A stretch of 64,000 nt of DNA from Candidatus Falkowbacteria bacterium (GCA_003514005.1 DOSJ01000004.1:37533-101532); one strand, 5' to 3'. Positions 27,374 through 35,539 are shown, counted from the first letter of the stretch. Made by a program: numbers and translations. Notes: generated from the sequence alone by a model not told the origin.

Positions 27374-28474
27374 ATGAACCAATTTAAAAAACAAAAAAAA
27401 GCCATCTCAACTCTCCTCGTCGTAGCGATTATGGTTGCGATGTATGGCTTTATTCCCCGCCCGAATAATGCCAACGCAGTCGACGCAATCGTTGACGCGC
27501 GCGATTTGATTAGCGATTCCGATTTAGGCGTGTCCGCTAACCACACGCTGACTTTTACAACTAGCACCTCGACCCCAGCAACCGATTATATAGAATTTGT
27601 TTTGCCTGCCCAGTTCGGAACTACAACATTGGCAAACACTACTTGTCCTGATGGCGGTACGGATTGGACTGAGGCTCTTTCAAATGGCGATAGAACTTTA
27701 CGATGTACCAGAACAGGCGCGACAAGAGCGGCGGGAGCGGCAACAACAACTATAAATAGCGTTATAAATCCTATTTCCGAAGCGTCACGTTATATTAGTA
27801 TTACCCATTATGATAGTCTTGGAAATGTCAGGGAACGTGTTGATGTTGCGGTTGCAATCATCGAAGACGTTCTAATGACGGCGAGAGTGAGTTCCACTTT
27901 GACATTTGTCGTGAGCGGAACATCAACTGCCGGCAGAGTAGGTGGCATTCCTTGTTCAAATGAATCAACTGCCACAAATACGCCTTTTGGAACCTTGGTT
28001 GTCAACGCTACTTCAACAGTTTGTCAAACCCTTAAAGTAACGACAAACGCGGACGACGGCTATACTGTGACCGTATTTGAAGATGATGAGCTTACCTCTG
28101 ATTCCGGATCAAATATCAACAGCTTTAACAACGCTTTTGATAATACTGGTTCTACTACGGCTGCGGCTTGGTTAGCCCCACAAAATTTGTTGGACCAGTA
28201 TTATACATATGGCCACATGGGTTTGCATTCCGAAGATGCGGACTTAGACACTCTTGGCGGTTATACAAATCAAAACTTTGATAATGGCGGAACCTTGTTT
28301 GCCGGTTTGAATGCCTCTGATCCTTTGCCGATTATGCATCATGACGGACCTTCTGATGGTCTGACACCAAACAAAGGTACAACAAACGTGATTTACCAGG
28401 TACAAATCGGTTCATTACAGGAAGCTGGTGACTACCAAAATACTCTTACCTATATTTGTACGCCTATCTTCTAG
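27374..28474 (+). CDS. Secreted surface protein A (366 aa) with WxL-like C-terminal domain
   Basis: Signal peptide 'LLVVAIMVAMYGFIPRPNNANA'. The N-terminal module 'D.ISDS....ANHT.TF' is shared with the 339- and 623-aa ORFs. The C-terminal domain (27872-28471) ends 'QEAGDYQNTLTYICTPIF*'. Confidence 0.85.
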   Translation: MNQFKKQKKAISTLLVVAIMVAMYGFIPRPNNANAVDAIVDARDLISDSDLGVSANHTLTFTTSTSTPATDYIEFVLPAQFGTTTLANTTCPDGGTDWTEALSNGDRTLRCTRTGATRAAGAATTTINSVINPISEASRYISITHYDSLGNVRERVDVAVAIIEDVLMTARVSSTLTFVVSGTSTAGRVGGIPCSNESTATNTPFGTLVVNATSTVCQTLKVTTNADDGYTVTVFEDDELTSDSGSNINSFNNAFDNTGSTTAAAWLAPQNLLDQYYTYGHMGLHSEDADLDTLGGYTNQNFDNGGTLFAGLNASDPLPIMHHDGPSDGLTPNKGTTNVIYQVQIGSLQEAGDYQNTLTYICTPIF

Positions 28475-28497
28475 CTCTTAGGGCGATACAGTAAAAA

Positions 28498-28529
28498 ACT
28501 CCGCCTTTCGCGAAAGGCGGAGTTTTTTT
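28498..28529 (+). terminator. Rho-independent terminator
   Basis: ACTCCGCCTTT-CGCG-AAAGGCGGAGT followed by T7. Confidence 0.9.
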
Positions 28530-28530
28530 A

Positions 28531-28560
28531 TTGGTGAAAAATTTAATTTTGTGTTATAAT
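28531..28560 (+). promoter_or_regulatory. Extended -10 promoter of surface protein B
   Basis: TTGGTG, 18 nt, then TGtTATAAT. Confidence 0.6.
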
Positions 28561-28576
28561 AAAAAACATAACAAAA

Positions 28577-28598
28577 TTATCCATAGGAGTGTGGATAA
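28577..28598. promoter_or_regulatory. Inverted pair of TTATCCACA-like boxes (operator-like)
   Basis: TTATCCATA-GGAG-TGTGGATAA. The right half is a perfect reverse-complement DnaA box. It lies ~20-40 nt downstream of the -10 at 28552. Confidence 0.45.
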
Positions 28599-28736
28599 AA
28601 AAGGTCGAAATTTTGTTATGCACATTAAAAATAAGCTTATTTTTCTTGCCTTTTTATAAAGGTAAGACATTATTTATTTTTTCTAAGAATTTAGCAAATA
28701 AAATTTTTATAATTTTATTATCTAGATTTTATCCCC

Positions 28737-29756
28737 ATGCAAAAAATAAAAAGAAGCAAGATTGCAATCGTTGCTGTTTTGATTTTTTCGATGTTGGCGA
28801 TTTATGGGTCTGTTCCGACTGTCAAAGCCGTTTCTTTGGATTTGGCAAAGGATACGATCAGTGATTCGTCACCAAGTTCAAGCGGAGTAACACATACAAT
28901 CGTTTTTGATTTGGGCACTGCCCTGAGCCAAGGCGAATATGTGAACTTTACTTTTGAATCCGGAATTGTTTTAACTGCGGCAACAACAACTTGCCCGTTT
29001 AATACGACCGGATCGGTTGTAAGCGCGCAAGTAATTCGTTGTACAGTAGACTCCGGACAAACCTTGGCGTCCACAACCGCTACATCAACAATCGTTGTTG
29101 ACGCAGTAAATCCCGCTACTTCCAACGATTATAGCGTAACCATCAGTACGCATCAGACTGGTGGTACCGAAATTGAATCTTCTGAAGTGAAGATCTATAT
29201 CATTGACGAAGTTACGGTTACCGCACATGTGCCCGCAACTTTGACATTTACAATCGGTACTACTACTCCTGATGATACGCTCAATAGCCAAAATTTTTCA
29301 GGAACTTCCAGTCCAACATCAATTCCTTTTGGAACTCTTAGCACAACCGAAAAGTTAATGGGTCAAGTATTGAGTGTCTCCACTAACGCTGATGATGGAT
29401 TTAATGTTACCGTGCAGCAAGATGGAAATTTACGTAGCGCGGGAGCGGCAGATATTGATAGTTTTTCAACATCTTCCGCAGTCGTATGGGCTGCACCTAC
29501 ACCAAATATTGATAATGAAAATACTTGGGGTCATATGGGTGTAACATCTGATGATTCTGGAGTATTTACATCAAATACATATAGAGGTTTTGACGGGGTA
29601 AATGCCTTAAGCATTTTTAGCCATAATGGACCGACCAATTCAACCGGCACTGGTACAGGTACCGCTATTGTCGGTTTTAAAATCCAAGTTTCCGCAATGC
29701 AGGAAGCCGGTGATTATCAAAACAAATTGACTTATATTTGCACGCCTACATACTAA
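28737..29756 (+). CDS. Secreted surface protein B (339 aa) with WxL-like C-terminal domain
   Basis: Signal peptide 'IAIVAVLIFSMLAIYGSVPTVKA'. The C-terminal domain (29207-29753) carries 'FGTL', 'STNADDGFNVTV' and ends 'QEAGDYQNKLTYICTPTY*'. Confidence 0.85.
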   Translation: MQKIKRSKIAIVAVLIFSMLAIYGSVPTVKAVSLDLAKDTISDSSPSSSGVTHTIVFDLGTALSQGEYVNFTFESGIVLTAATTTCPFNTTGSVVSAQVIRCTVDSGQTLASTTATSTIVVDAVNPATSNDYSVTISTHQTGGTEIESSEVKIYIIDEVTVTAHVPATLTFTIGTTTPDDTLNSQNFSGTSSPTSIPFGTLSTTEKLMGQVLSVSTNADDGFNVTVQQDGNLRSAGAADIDSFSTSSAVVWAAPTPNIDNENTWGHMGVTSDDSGVFTSNTYRGFDGVNALSIFSHNGPTNSTGTGTGTAIVGFKIQVSAMQEAGDYQNKLTYICTPTY

Positions 29757-29807
29757 ATCTTTTGCAAATAGATTGTTGAAAATTTTTTGATAGTTTACAT
29801 AAAAATG

Positions 29808-29841
29808 CCCTCTTAAATTATTTTGAGAGGGTGTTTTTTTT
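29808..29841 (+). terminator. Rho-independent terminator
   Basis: CCCTCTT / GAGAGGG stem followed by TGT8. Confidence 0.8.
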
Positions 29842-29948
29842 GTTTAAGAATTATTTGTAATCCTGACTAAAAAATGTTAAAATATAAAAAGTAAAAACAC
29901 TTAAGCACAGGTGTTAATTTTTATATTTAATGATTAATAAAACGTAAA

Positions 29949-31064
29949 ATGACAATAAAAAAAGGCTTTTTGTTTGTAGTCGCTTTGACGGCAATAATTT
30001 TTTTTAAAACTGATATTGTTTTCGCGCAAGAAGGTGCGGGGATAAAGATTAGTCCGGTGCGGATTGAAGAGATGGTTGATCCAGGACAGGCACTACACTC
30101 TGAAGTAAGTGTGACTAACGAATCGGGTGAGGCAAAGACATTTTACGTTTATTTGCGCGATTTTAAATCCGAGGGTGAGTCCGGAAGTGCGCGTTTGATT
30201 GAACCGGGGACGGAAGAAGGCAATTATTTGGCGTCTTGGATTGTTATTAGCAATGAAGGGACTTTATTACAATCGGGAGAAACAAAAACGTTTCCTTTCC
30301 AAGTCATTGTTCCGGCTGAAGTCGGTCCGGGGGGGTATTTCGGAGCAATCGTATTTGGAACAGAACCACCACGCATCCAGATGGAGAATGAAGACAAGGG
30401 AGCGGGCATGGCAATCGCCCAGCAAACAGCGTGTTTGGTGTTGTTGCGCGTAAAAGGCGACGTGTATGAAGACGCGCAAATAGTTGAATTTAATACTGAT
30501 AAAGATTTTTATTCTACGCCCTTTTCCGTTGATTTTACGGTTCGGATCGAGAATATCGGCAATGTTCATATCAAGCCGCGCGGTTCAATATCCATCAAAA
30601 ACATGTTTGGGAAAGAGGTCTCAATTGTAAAGATTAATGAAAAAGGCGGTAATATTTTGCCTAAATCAATTAGAAATTTTGGCCAAAATTTTTGGAACGG
30701 AGACAATGCTTTTGGAAAATATACCGCAAGTTTAGGCATTACCTATGGTGTTTCAGCGGATGAAGGCGGACAAGGAAAAAATAGCTTGGTTTCCGTGAAA
30801 ACATTTTGGATTATTCCTTGGCGGATTTTAATCCCGATAACGTTGATTCTTTTGTTTATCAGCGGAACATTTATGCTTTTTATCAGGTTGTACAAGAACA
30901 AGGCAGTGCGAAAAGCCATGGAAAGGGCGGGATTACCTAATGTCCGTTATGTTAAAACGCGAAAAAATTCTTCACCGACTGTGCATTTTATGGTTATCCT
31001 GGTAATCGTATTTATAATGATGTTTATTTTATTGAGTGGATTATATTTCTTGTTTTTTTCTTAA
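29949..31064 (+). CDS. DUF916/DUF3324-like (CscA / WxL-interacting-protein-like) membrane-anchored surface protein, paralogue 1
   Basis: Signal peptide, then 'GIKISPVRIEEMVDPGQ..VSVTNES', 'PGGYFGAIVFG' and a second Ig-like half 'IENIGNVHIKPRGSISI'. C-terminal TM helix 'ILIPITLILLFISGTFMLFI' plus a basic tail. Confidence 0.65.
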   Translation: MTIKKGFLFVVALTAIIFFKTDIVFAQEGAGIKISPVRIEEMVDPGQALHSEVSVTNESGEAKTFYVYLRDFKSEGESGSARLIEPGTEEGNYLASWIVISNEGTLLQSGETKTFPFQVIVPAEVGPGGYFGAIVFGTEPPRIQMENEDKGAGMAIAQQTACLVLLRVKGDVYEDAQIVEFNTDKDFYSTPFSVDFTVRIENIGNVHIKPRGSISIKNMFGKEVSIVKINEKGGNILPKSIRNFGQNFWNGDNAFGKYTASLGITYGVSADEGGQGKNSLVSVKTFWIIPWRILIPITLILLFISGTFMLFIRLYKNKAVRKAMERAGLPNVRYVKTRKNSSPTVHFMVILVIVFIMMFILLSGLYFLFFS

Positions 31065-31068
31065 AATA

Positions 31069-32037
31069 ATGTTTGCAAAAAGAATCAAAATGATAATAAT
31101 CGTAATATTGTTTTTTTCTTGTTTTCGCTTGGTTCAGGCTGAGGAGGGCGGTATTGTGATTAGTCCGTATGTGATTGATGAAAAGGCCAAGGCTTCGGAA
31201 CAGATTGAGAGGATGATAAAGATAAAAAATAATACCGAGTTTAAAGTAGATCTTTATCCGATGGTAAACGACGTATCTTCCGAAGGAGGAAAACAGGAAT
31301 TTATAGATCCGGGAAAATTGGACAAGTCCACTTCATTGGCGCGTTGGATTCGGATACAGCGCGGTGCGATCCAACTTATGCCTGGCGAGGAAACGGAAAT
31401 GCCGTTTAAAATCGAAGTCAATGCCAGCGCGGTTCCGGGCAAGCGATACGCAATCGTTTCATTTCCGGCAGGCGCGAATACCGAGGTAGCGGCTGAAAAT
31501 TTAAAAAAGAACAATACAACTTCGCTTTTAATTAATCTTGAGATAGAAGACGTGTCGGTTGAGAAAGCGCAGTTGATTACCTTTGAAGCGGAGCGGACTA
31601 CTTTTTTTAAATGGCCGGTTAAGTTTAACGCAAGTCTAAAAAATACCGGTACGGTAGATCTTGCGCCAAAAGGTACGATCAGTATTTTTAATCGACGTGG
31701 ACAGTATCTGGAAAAGATTGATGTTAATCCGGAAAATATAAATATTTTATCCGGAGAAACAAAAGATTTTTATATAACTTGGGACAAGAATCGGGGAATT
31801 GGAAAATTCAAAGCTAAATTGGAGCTTGAATATGGCGATAAAGAGAAGCACGATTTAGCGGATACGGTTTATTTTTGGATATTGCCTCTGCCTTTTGTTT
31901 TGTTTTTTATCGGGGGCTTATTTATTTCCGTTTCGGTTTTGGTGTATTATCTTTTTCGCCGGACATATATTCATCATCAGCACAAGCATGAAGATGAGGA
32001 GGAGGATGTTGTGATTAATTTAAGAAAGCTTGAGTAA
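31069..32037 (+). CDS. DUF916/DUF3324-like membrane-anchored surface protein, paralogue 2
   Basis: Same architecture. I prefer the ATG at 31069 ('MFAKRIKMIIIVILFF') over the listed 31036 start, which overlaps the previous gene. Confidence 0.65.
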   Translation: MFAKRIKMIIIVILFFSCFRLVQAEEGGIVISPYVIDEKAKASEQIERMIKIKNNTEFKVDLYPMVNDVSSEGGKQEFIDPGKLDKSTSLARWIRIQRGAIQLMPGEETEMPFKIEVNASAVPGKRYAIVSFPAGANTEVAAENLKKNNTTSLLINLEIEDVSVEKAQLITFEAERTTFFKWPVKFNASLKNTGTVDLAPKGTISIFNRRGQYLEKIDVNPENINILSGETKDFYITWDKNRGIGKFKAKLELEYGDKEKHDLADTVYFWILPLPFVLFFIGGLFISVSVLVYYLFRRTYIHHQHKHEDEEEDVVINLRKLE

Positions 32038-32090
32038 TATTCAATGTTCAATATTCAATAATCAATATACAATATTCATTCAATATTCTA
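32037..32090. repeat. Degenerate tandem heptamers (ATATTCA)x~7
   Basis: Same unit as 26657-26684. It begins at the stop codon of paralogue 2. Confidence 0.85.
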
Positions 32091-32143
32091 ATAATTTGAG
32101 ATTTGAAAAAAATCTTCATTATTTAATACTAATTTTCCCCATT

Positions 32144-32233
32144 TGTCATTCCCGTACCCCTCCGGGCATAAACTCCGGCGGGAATCCAGGGGTTATCGTC
32201 CGAATCTGGATTCCCGCCTACACGAGAATGACA
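32144..32233. repeat. Nested palindromic GC-rich element (TGTCATTCCCG...GCGGGAATCCAG/CTGGATTCCCGC...AGAATGACA)
   Basis: Outer arms TGTCATTCCCGT / ACGAGAATGACA. The inner arms are a perfect 12-bp inverted repeat, 32178-32189 / 32206-32217. A GC-rich island in AT-rich spacer, which explains the spurious ORF 32030-32287. Confidence 0.85.
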
Positions 32234-32283
32234 GAAAAAAATAATTTCCAAGTTTTAATATTTATTGTTATTTTGATTACAGT

Positions 32284-33354
32284 ATGAAAAAAATAGTAGT
32301 TGTATTTATATTTTTGTTAGTATTTATTAATGTTCCGTTTGTTTTTGCGCAAGAGGGGATCACTTTATCCATTACTCCTCCGCTAATCAAAAATAACATG
32401 AATCCGGGGGATATTTGGAAGAGTACGATCAAGGTGGCTAACAATAATCCAGAGGAACATACTATATATGTTGAGGCGGTTGATTTTCGCGCTAAACAAG
32501 AAGATGGCGTGGTTGAATTTTTGTCATCAGAAAAAACTGGCACATCTTCGGAAGGTGTGAGTCCGTTTTTGAGTCAATGGATAGTGCTTGAAGAAAACGA
32601 AGTTGTGATACCGGCATTTGGCAGTCGCGAAATTCCTTATATTATCGATGTCCCGGAGAACGCATCACCTGGCGGGCATTATGCCGCTATTTTGGCGGGA
32701 ACGCGACCGCCGGCAGATAGTGTTAGCGGCTCGGTAATAAAGGTATCATCGCTTTTAGCTTCTTTGGTGCTTTTGAATGTAAAAGGCGATGTCGAAGAAC
32801 GCGGCGTTATCCGTGAATTTGTTTCAGATAAGGTTTTTTATGACAAGACGGATGTTGGGTTCAAAGTGCGCTTTGAAAATTTGGGCAATGTCCATCTTCA
32901 GCCATTGGGAGAAATAAAAATATATGCGCCTTTTAATAAGCTAAAAAATACAATAACCATCAACCACAATTCCGAATTTGGCAATGTACTCCCAGAAAGC
33001 ATTCGCAAATGGGAATTCAATTGGAAGGGAGATAAAAATTTATTGGAAATGGGACGTTATCGCGCCGAGCTGATATTGGGTTATGGCGAAGAAGGCCGCC
33101 AGGCGGATAATCGCGTCATATATTTTTGGGTTATTTATCCAAAACCGGTTATATTTGCTGTGTCAGCAGTTATTATATTTATATTATTAATCACCGTATT
33201 AATTCGTCTTTATATCCGGCGCGCAATCCGAAATACCACCGGTTTGAATACGCAAATAGTCGGCAAAAAATCAGAACCTGCAAAAAAGATATTTTTTAAA
33301 AGGAGTCAGTCAAAGCCAGAAAAAAAAGACGATGTGATTAATTTGAAAAAATAA
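32284..33354 (+). CDS. DUF916/DUF3324-like membrane-anchored surface protein, paralogue 3
   Basis: 'GITLSITPPLIKNNMNPGD', 'PGGHYAAILAG' and 'FENLGNVHLQPLGEIKI'. C-terminal TM helix 'IFAVSAVIIFILLITVLI' plus a basic tail. Confidence 0.65.
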   Translation: MKKIVVVFIFLLVFINVPFVFAQEGITLSITPPLIKNNMNPGDIWKSTIKVANNNPEEHTIYVEAVDFRAKQEDGVVEFLSSEKTGTSSEGVSPFLSQWIVLEENEVVIPAFGSREIPYIIDVPENASPGGHYAAILAGTRPPADSVSGSVIKVSSLLASLVLLNVKGDVEERGVIREFVSDKVFYDKTDVGFKVRFENLGNVHLQPLGEIKIYAPFNKLKNTITINHNSEFGNVLPESIRKWEFNWKGDKNLLEMGRYRAELILGYGEEGRQADNRVIYFWVIYPKPVIFAVSAVIIFILLITVLIRLYIRRAIRNTTGLNTQIVGKKSEPAKKIFFKRSQSKPEKKDDVINLKK

Positions 33355-33360
33355 AAACAA

Positions 33361-34209
33361 ATGCGAAAAACCATTAATTTGAAAAAGAAAAGCCTGATCG
33401 GAAAACGAGAGCTTATAGTAATGATAACTGCCGTGGTTTTGACAACGGCCGGTATCAAAGCAAGCGACACCTTGCTTAATCCAAATGAAAGCGCGGCCGT
33501 ACCGAGCGGACCCTGTGAAGAAAGTATGGTTTTGGTAACGAATAGTTCGGGAAATTTTTGCATAGACAAATATGAAGCTGCTCCGGGAAAAGGCTGTCCG
33601 TACCAAGATCCGTCGAATCAGACCGATACGCGCCTGAATCTTGACTATAGCGATTGCAAGCCGGAATCACGCCCGCAGGCTTTGCCGTGGCGCTTTATAT
33701 CACAGAACCAGGCGGCAATGGCATGCGCAAAAGCCGGAAAACGCTTGCCTACGAATAATGAATGGTTAAGCGCGTCATTGGGAACACCGGATATAAATAA
33801 TTCGTGGAGCACAAATGATTGTCAGGTTGCGAAAAATTGGCAAGTTCAGCCGGGCGCGAGCGGTTCCGGAGAAAACTGCAAATCATCCGCGGGCGCGTAC
33901 GATATGATCGGAAATGTTTGGGAATGGGTGGAAGGGACAGTTAATGACGGGCAATACAAAGAAAAGGCCTTGCCGGAAAGCGGTTTTGTTCTGGGTGTAG
34001 ACGACGAGGCAATGCCAAGCGTAACACGCGCGGAATCCGGAGATGAAAATTATTATAATGATTTTTTTTGGATAAAGCAAAAAGGCATCCGCGGCATGGC
34101 GCGCGGCGGCTACTGGGACAATGCGTCCGATGCCGGACAATATTCGCTATACGTTGTTTCCGAACCGTCTTTTGCCGGTACGGGCGTGGGGTTTCGGTGT
34201 GTTAAATAG
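33361..34209 (+). CDS. Membrane-anchored FGE-sulfatase (SUMF1/C-lectin fold) domain protein 1
   Basis: N-terminal TM helix. Also 'FCIDKYEA', 'ACAKAGKRLPTNNEW', 'YDMIGNVWEWV', 'ARGGYW' and 'GVGFRC', which are hallmarks of the FGE-sulfatase domain. Confidence 0.8.
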   Translation: MRKTINLKKKSLIGKRELIVMITAVVLTTAGIKASDTLLNPNESAAVPSGPCEESMVLVTNSSGNFCIDKYEAAPGKGCPYQDPSNQTDTRLNLDYSDCKPESRPQALPWRFISQNQAAMACAKAGKRLPTNNEWLSASLGTPDINNSWSTNDCQVAKNWQVQPGASGSGENCKSSAGAYDMIGNVWEWVEGTVNDGQYKEKALPESGFVLGVDDEAMPSVTRAESGDENYYNDFFWIKQKGIRGMARGGYWDNASDAGQYSLYVVSEPSFAGTGVGFRCVK

Positions 34210-34210
34210 T

Positions 34211-34292
34211 GATTAGTTAATTAGTTAATTAGGTGTTTGGAGATGAAAAAGTAATTTTTTAACTCCCTAATTAACTAATCAACTAATTAACT
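34211..34292. repeat. Imperfect inverted repeat of TTAATTAG-type repeats
   Basis: GATTAGTTAATTAGTTAATTAGG pairs with CCTAATTAACTAATCAACTAATTAAC. Confidence 0.7.
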
Positions 34293-34299
34293 AAACTAT

Positions 34300-34692
34300 A
34301 TGCTACACAAATCAATATCAATCATCCATCAGCTCCGAGTATATTTTTTGCTTGCGATTATCATCGTTTTTTTCGCGTCAGCCGGCATCAATCCCGTTGA
34401 TGTCGGGATTTTTTATGGATCCAAAGTCGGCTCGGCAGTCGGTATGTCGTCCAGTGTAGCGGAAAATCCGTTCAACAAGCTGGCGCTGGATTTGAAGAAC
34501 AAAGAAAACAGCCTAAGCCAGAAAGAGCAGGCCTTGAATGCGAGAGAGGCGGAATTGAATAGCCGCAGCGGACTTAATCAGACGGTTTTGCTGTGGGTGG
34601 TTATTGTTGGAATATTCATATTATTTATTTTGATAATAATCAATTTTATTCTTGATTATCGCAGAAGAAAAAATGAAAAAAATATTTCTTAA
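34300..34692 (+). CDS. Small bitopic/two-TM protein with extracytoplasmic coiled coil
   Basis: Hydrophobic helices near both ends, with a central 'LDLKNKENSLSQKEQALNAREAELN'. No recognisable family. Confidence 0.5.
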   Translation: MLHKSISIIHQLRVYFLLAIIIVFFASAGINPVDVGIFYGSKVGSAVGMSSSVAENPFNKLALDLKNKENSLSQKEQALNAREAELNSRSGLNQTVLLWVVIVGIFILFILIIINFILDYRRRKNEKNIS

Positions 34693-35521
34693 AATATTGA
34701 AATATTTAAGCATTGGTACGGCAGCGATAATTTTGGTTTCGGTTGGGATTGACGCTGCTGATAATTATGACAACATTCCCGAATCGATTTTGGGAAAAGT
34801 GATATTCGGCAAACCGGAAGGTCCTTGTCCCGAAGAAATGGCTTTTATACCATCGGAAAACGGCGGTTTTTGCATAGATAAATATGAAAATTCACCGAAT
34901 GAAAAATGCCAGAACAAAGTCGTGACCAATCAGTCGGAGACCAGGTCAAATCTTGATTACGCGGATTGTTTTCCGGTTTCAGTAAAAAATGCCGAGCCGT
35001 GGCGCTTTATTTCCCAGACGCAAGCGATTGCCGCGTGCGCCAAAGCCGGCAAAAGACTGCCGACTAGCGAGGAATGGTTTGTTGCTTCGCAAGGCAGTCC
35101 TGACAAGAATACTGATTGGGATTCTGATGATTGCCAAGTGGATAACAATTGGCCAAATCAGCCGGGACTTACCGGAACAGGTGAGAAATGCGTTTCGGCA
35201 TTCGGCGCTTTTGACATGATCGGCAATGTTTGGGAGTGGGTAAAAGGTGAAATTAACAATGGCATGCTTGACGGACGCGCTCTTCCCGAATCAGGGTATA
35301 TTATTTCTGCTGACAGCAGCGGTTTACCTACGGAAATAAACAAAGAAAAAGCAGATGAAAATTATAATGAAGACTTTTTTTGGATTAAGAATAATGAAGT
35401 GCGCGGCATGGCTCGCGGCGGATATTGGGAAAATAAGTCTGATGCTGGATTGTATTCTATGTACTTGGTTTCTCCGCCGTCTTTCGCCGGAACCGGCGTC
35501 GGGTTCCGGTGCGCGAAGTAA
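34673..35521 (+). CDS. Membrane-anchored FGE-sulfatase (SUMF1/C-lectin fold) domain protein 2
   Basis: Paralogue of 33361-34209 ('FCIDKYEN', 'FDMIGNVWEWV', 'ARGGYW', 'GVGFRC'). Start taken at 'MKKIFLKILKYL'; the listed 34652 start is also possible. Confidence 0.8.
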   Translation: MKKIFLKILKYLSIGTAAIILVSVGIDAADNYDNIPESILGKVIFGKPEGPCPEEMAFIPSENGGFCIDKYENSPNEKCQNKVVTNQSETRSNLDYADCFPVSVKNAEPWRFISQTQAIAACAKAGKRLPTSEEWFVASQGSPDKNTDWDSDDCQVDNNWPNQPGLTGTGEKCVSAFGAFDMIGNVWEWVKGEINNGMLDGRALPESGYIISADSSGLPTEINKEKADENYNEDFFWIKNNEVRGMARGGYWENKSDAGLYSMYLVSPPSFAGTGVGFRCAK

Positions 35522-35539
35522 TAAAAAATTGAAAGTTGA

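Noticed and set aside
1705-28598. The TTATCCACA boxes as the chromosomal replication origin.
   Set aside because: The four perfect boxes are spread over 27 kb as single sites or one pair, not clustered within a few hundred bp. No dnaA or dnaN gene and no AT-rich unwinding element with adjacent box cluster is present.
32030-32287. An 85-aa ORF ('..HSRTPPGINSGGNPGVIVRIWIPAYTRMTEK..').
   Set aside because: It is a translation artefact running across the heptamer array and the nested palindromic element. It has no start context and its composition is driven by the repeat.
27374-33354. A chaperone-usher or SCPU-type pilus reading of the locus (pilin-like C-terminal 'AGDY..LTY....F' plus Ig-like 'chaperones').
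   Set aside because: There is no usher-like large beta-barrel ORF in the window. The Ig-like paralogues carry C-terminal TM anchors, unlike periplasmic PapD-type chaperones. I keep this only as the alternative that structure prediction could revive.
33361-35521. The FGE-sulfatase/C-lectin-fold proteins as targets of a diversity-generating retroelement, which is common in CPR genomes.
   Set aside because: There is no reverse transcriptase ORF in the window. The C-terminal regions of the two paralogues differ at all four bases rather than only at adenine positions. I saw no non-coding template-repeat copy of either 3' end.
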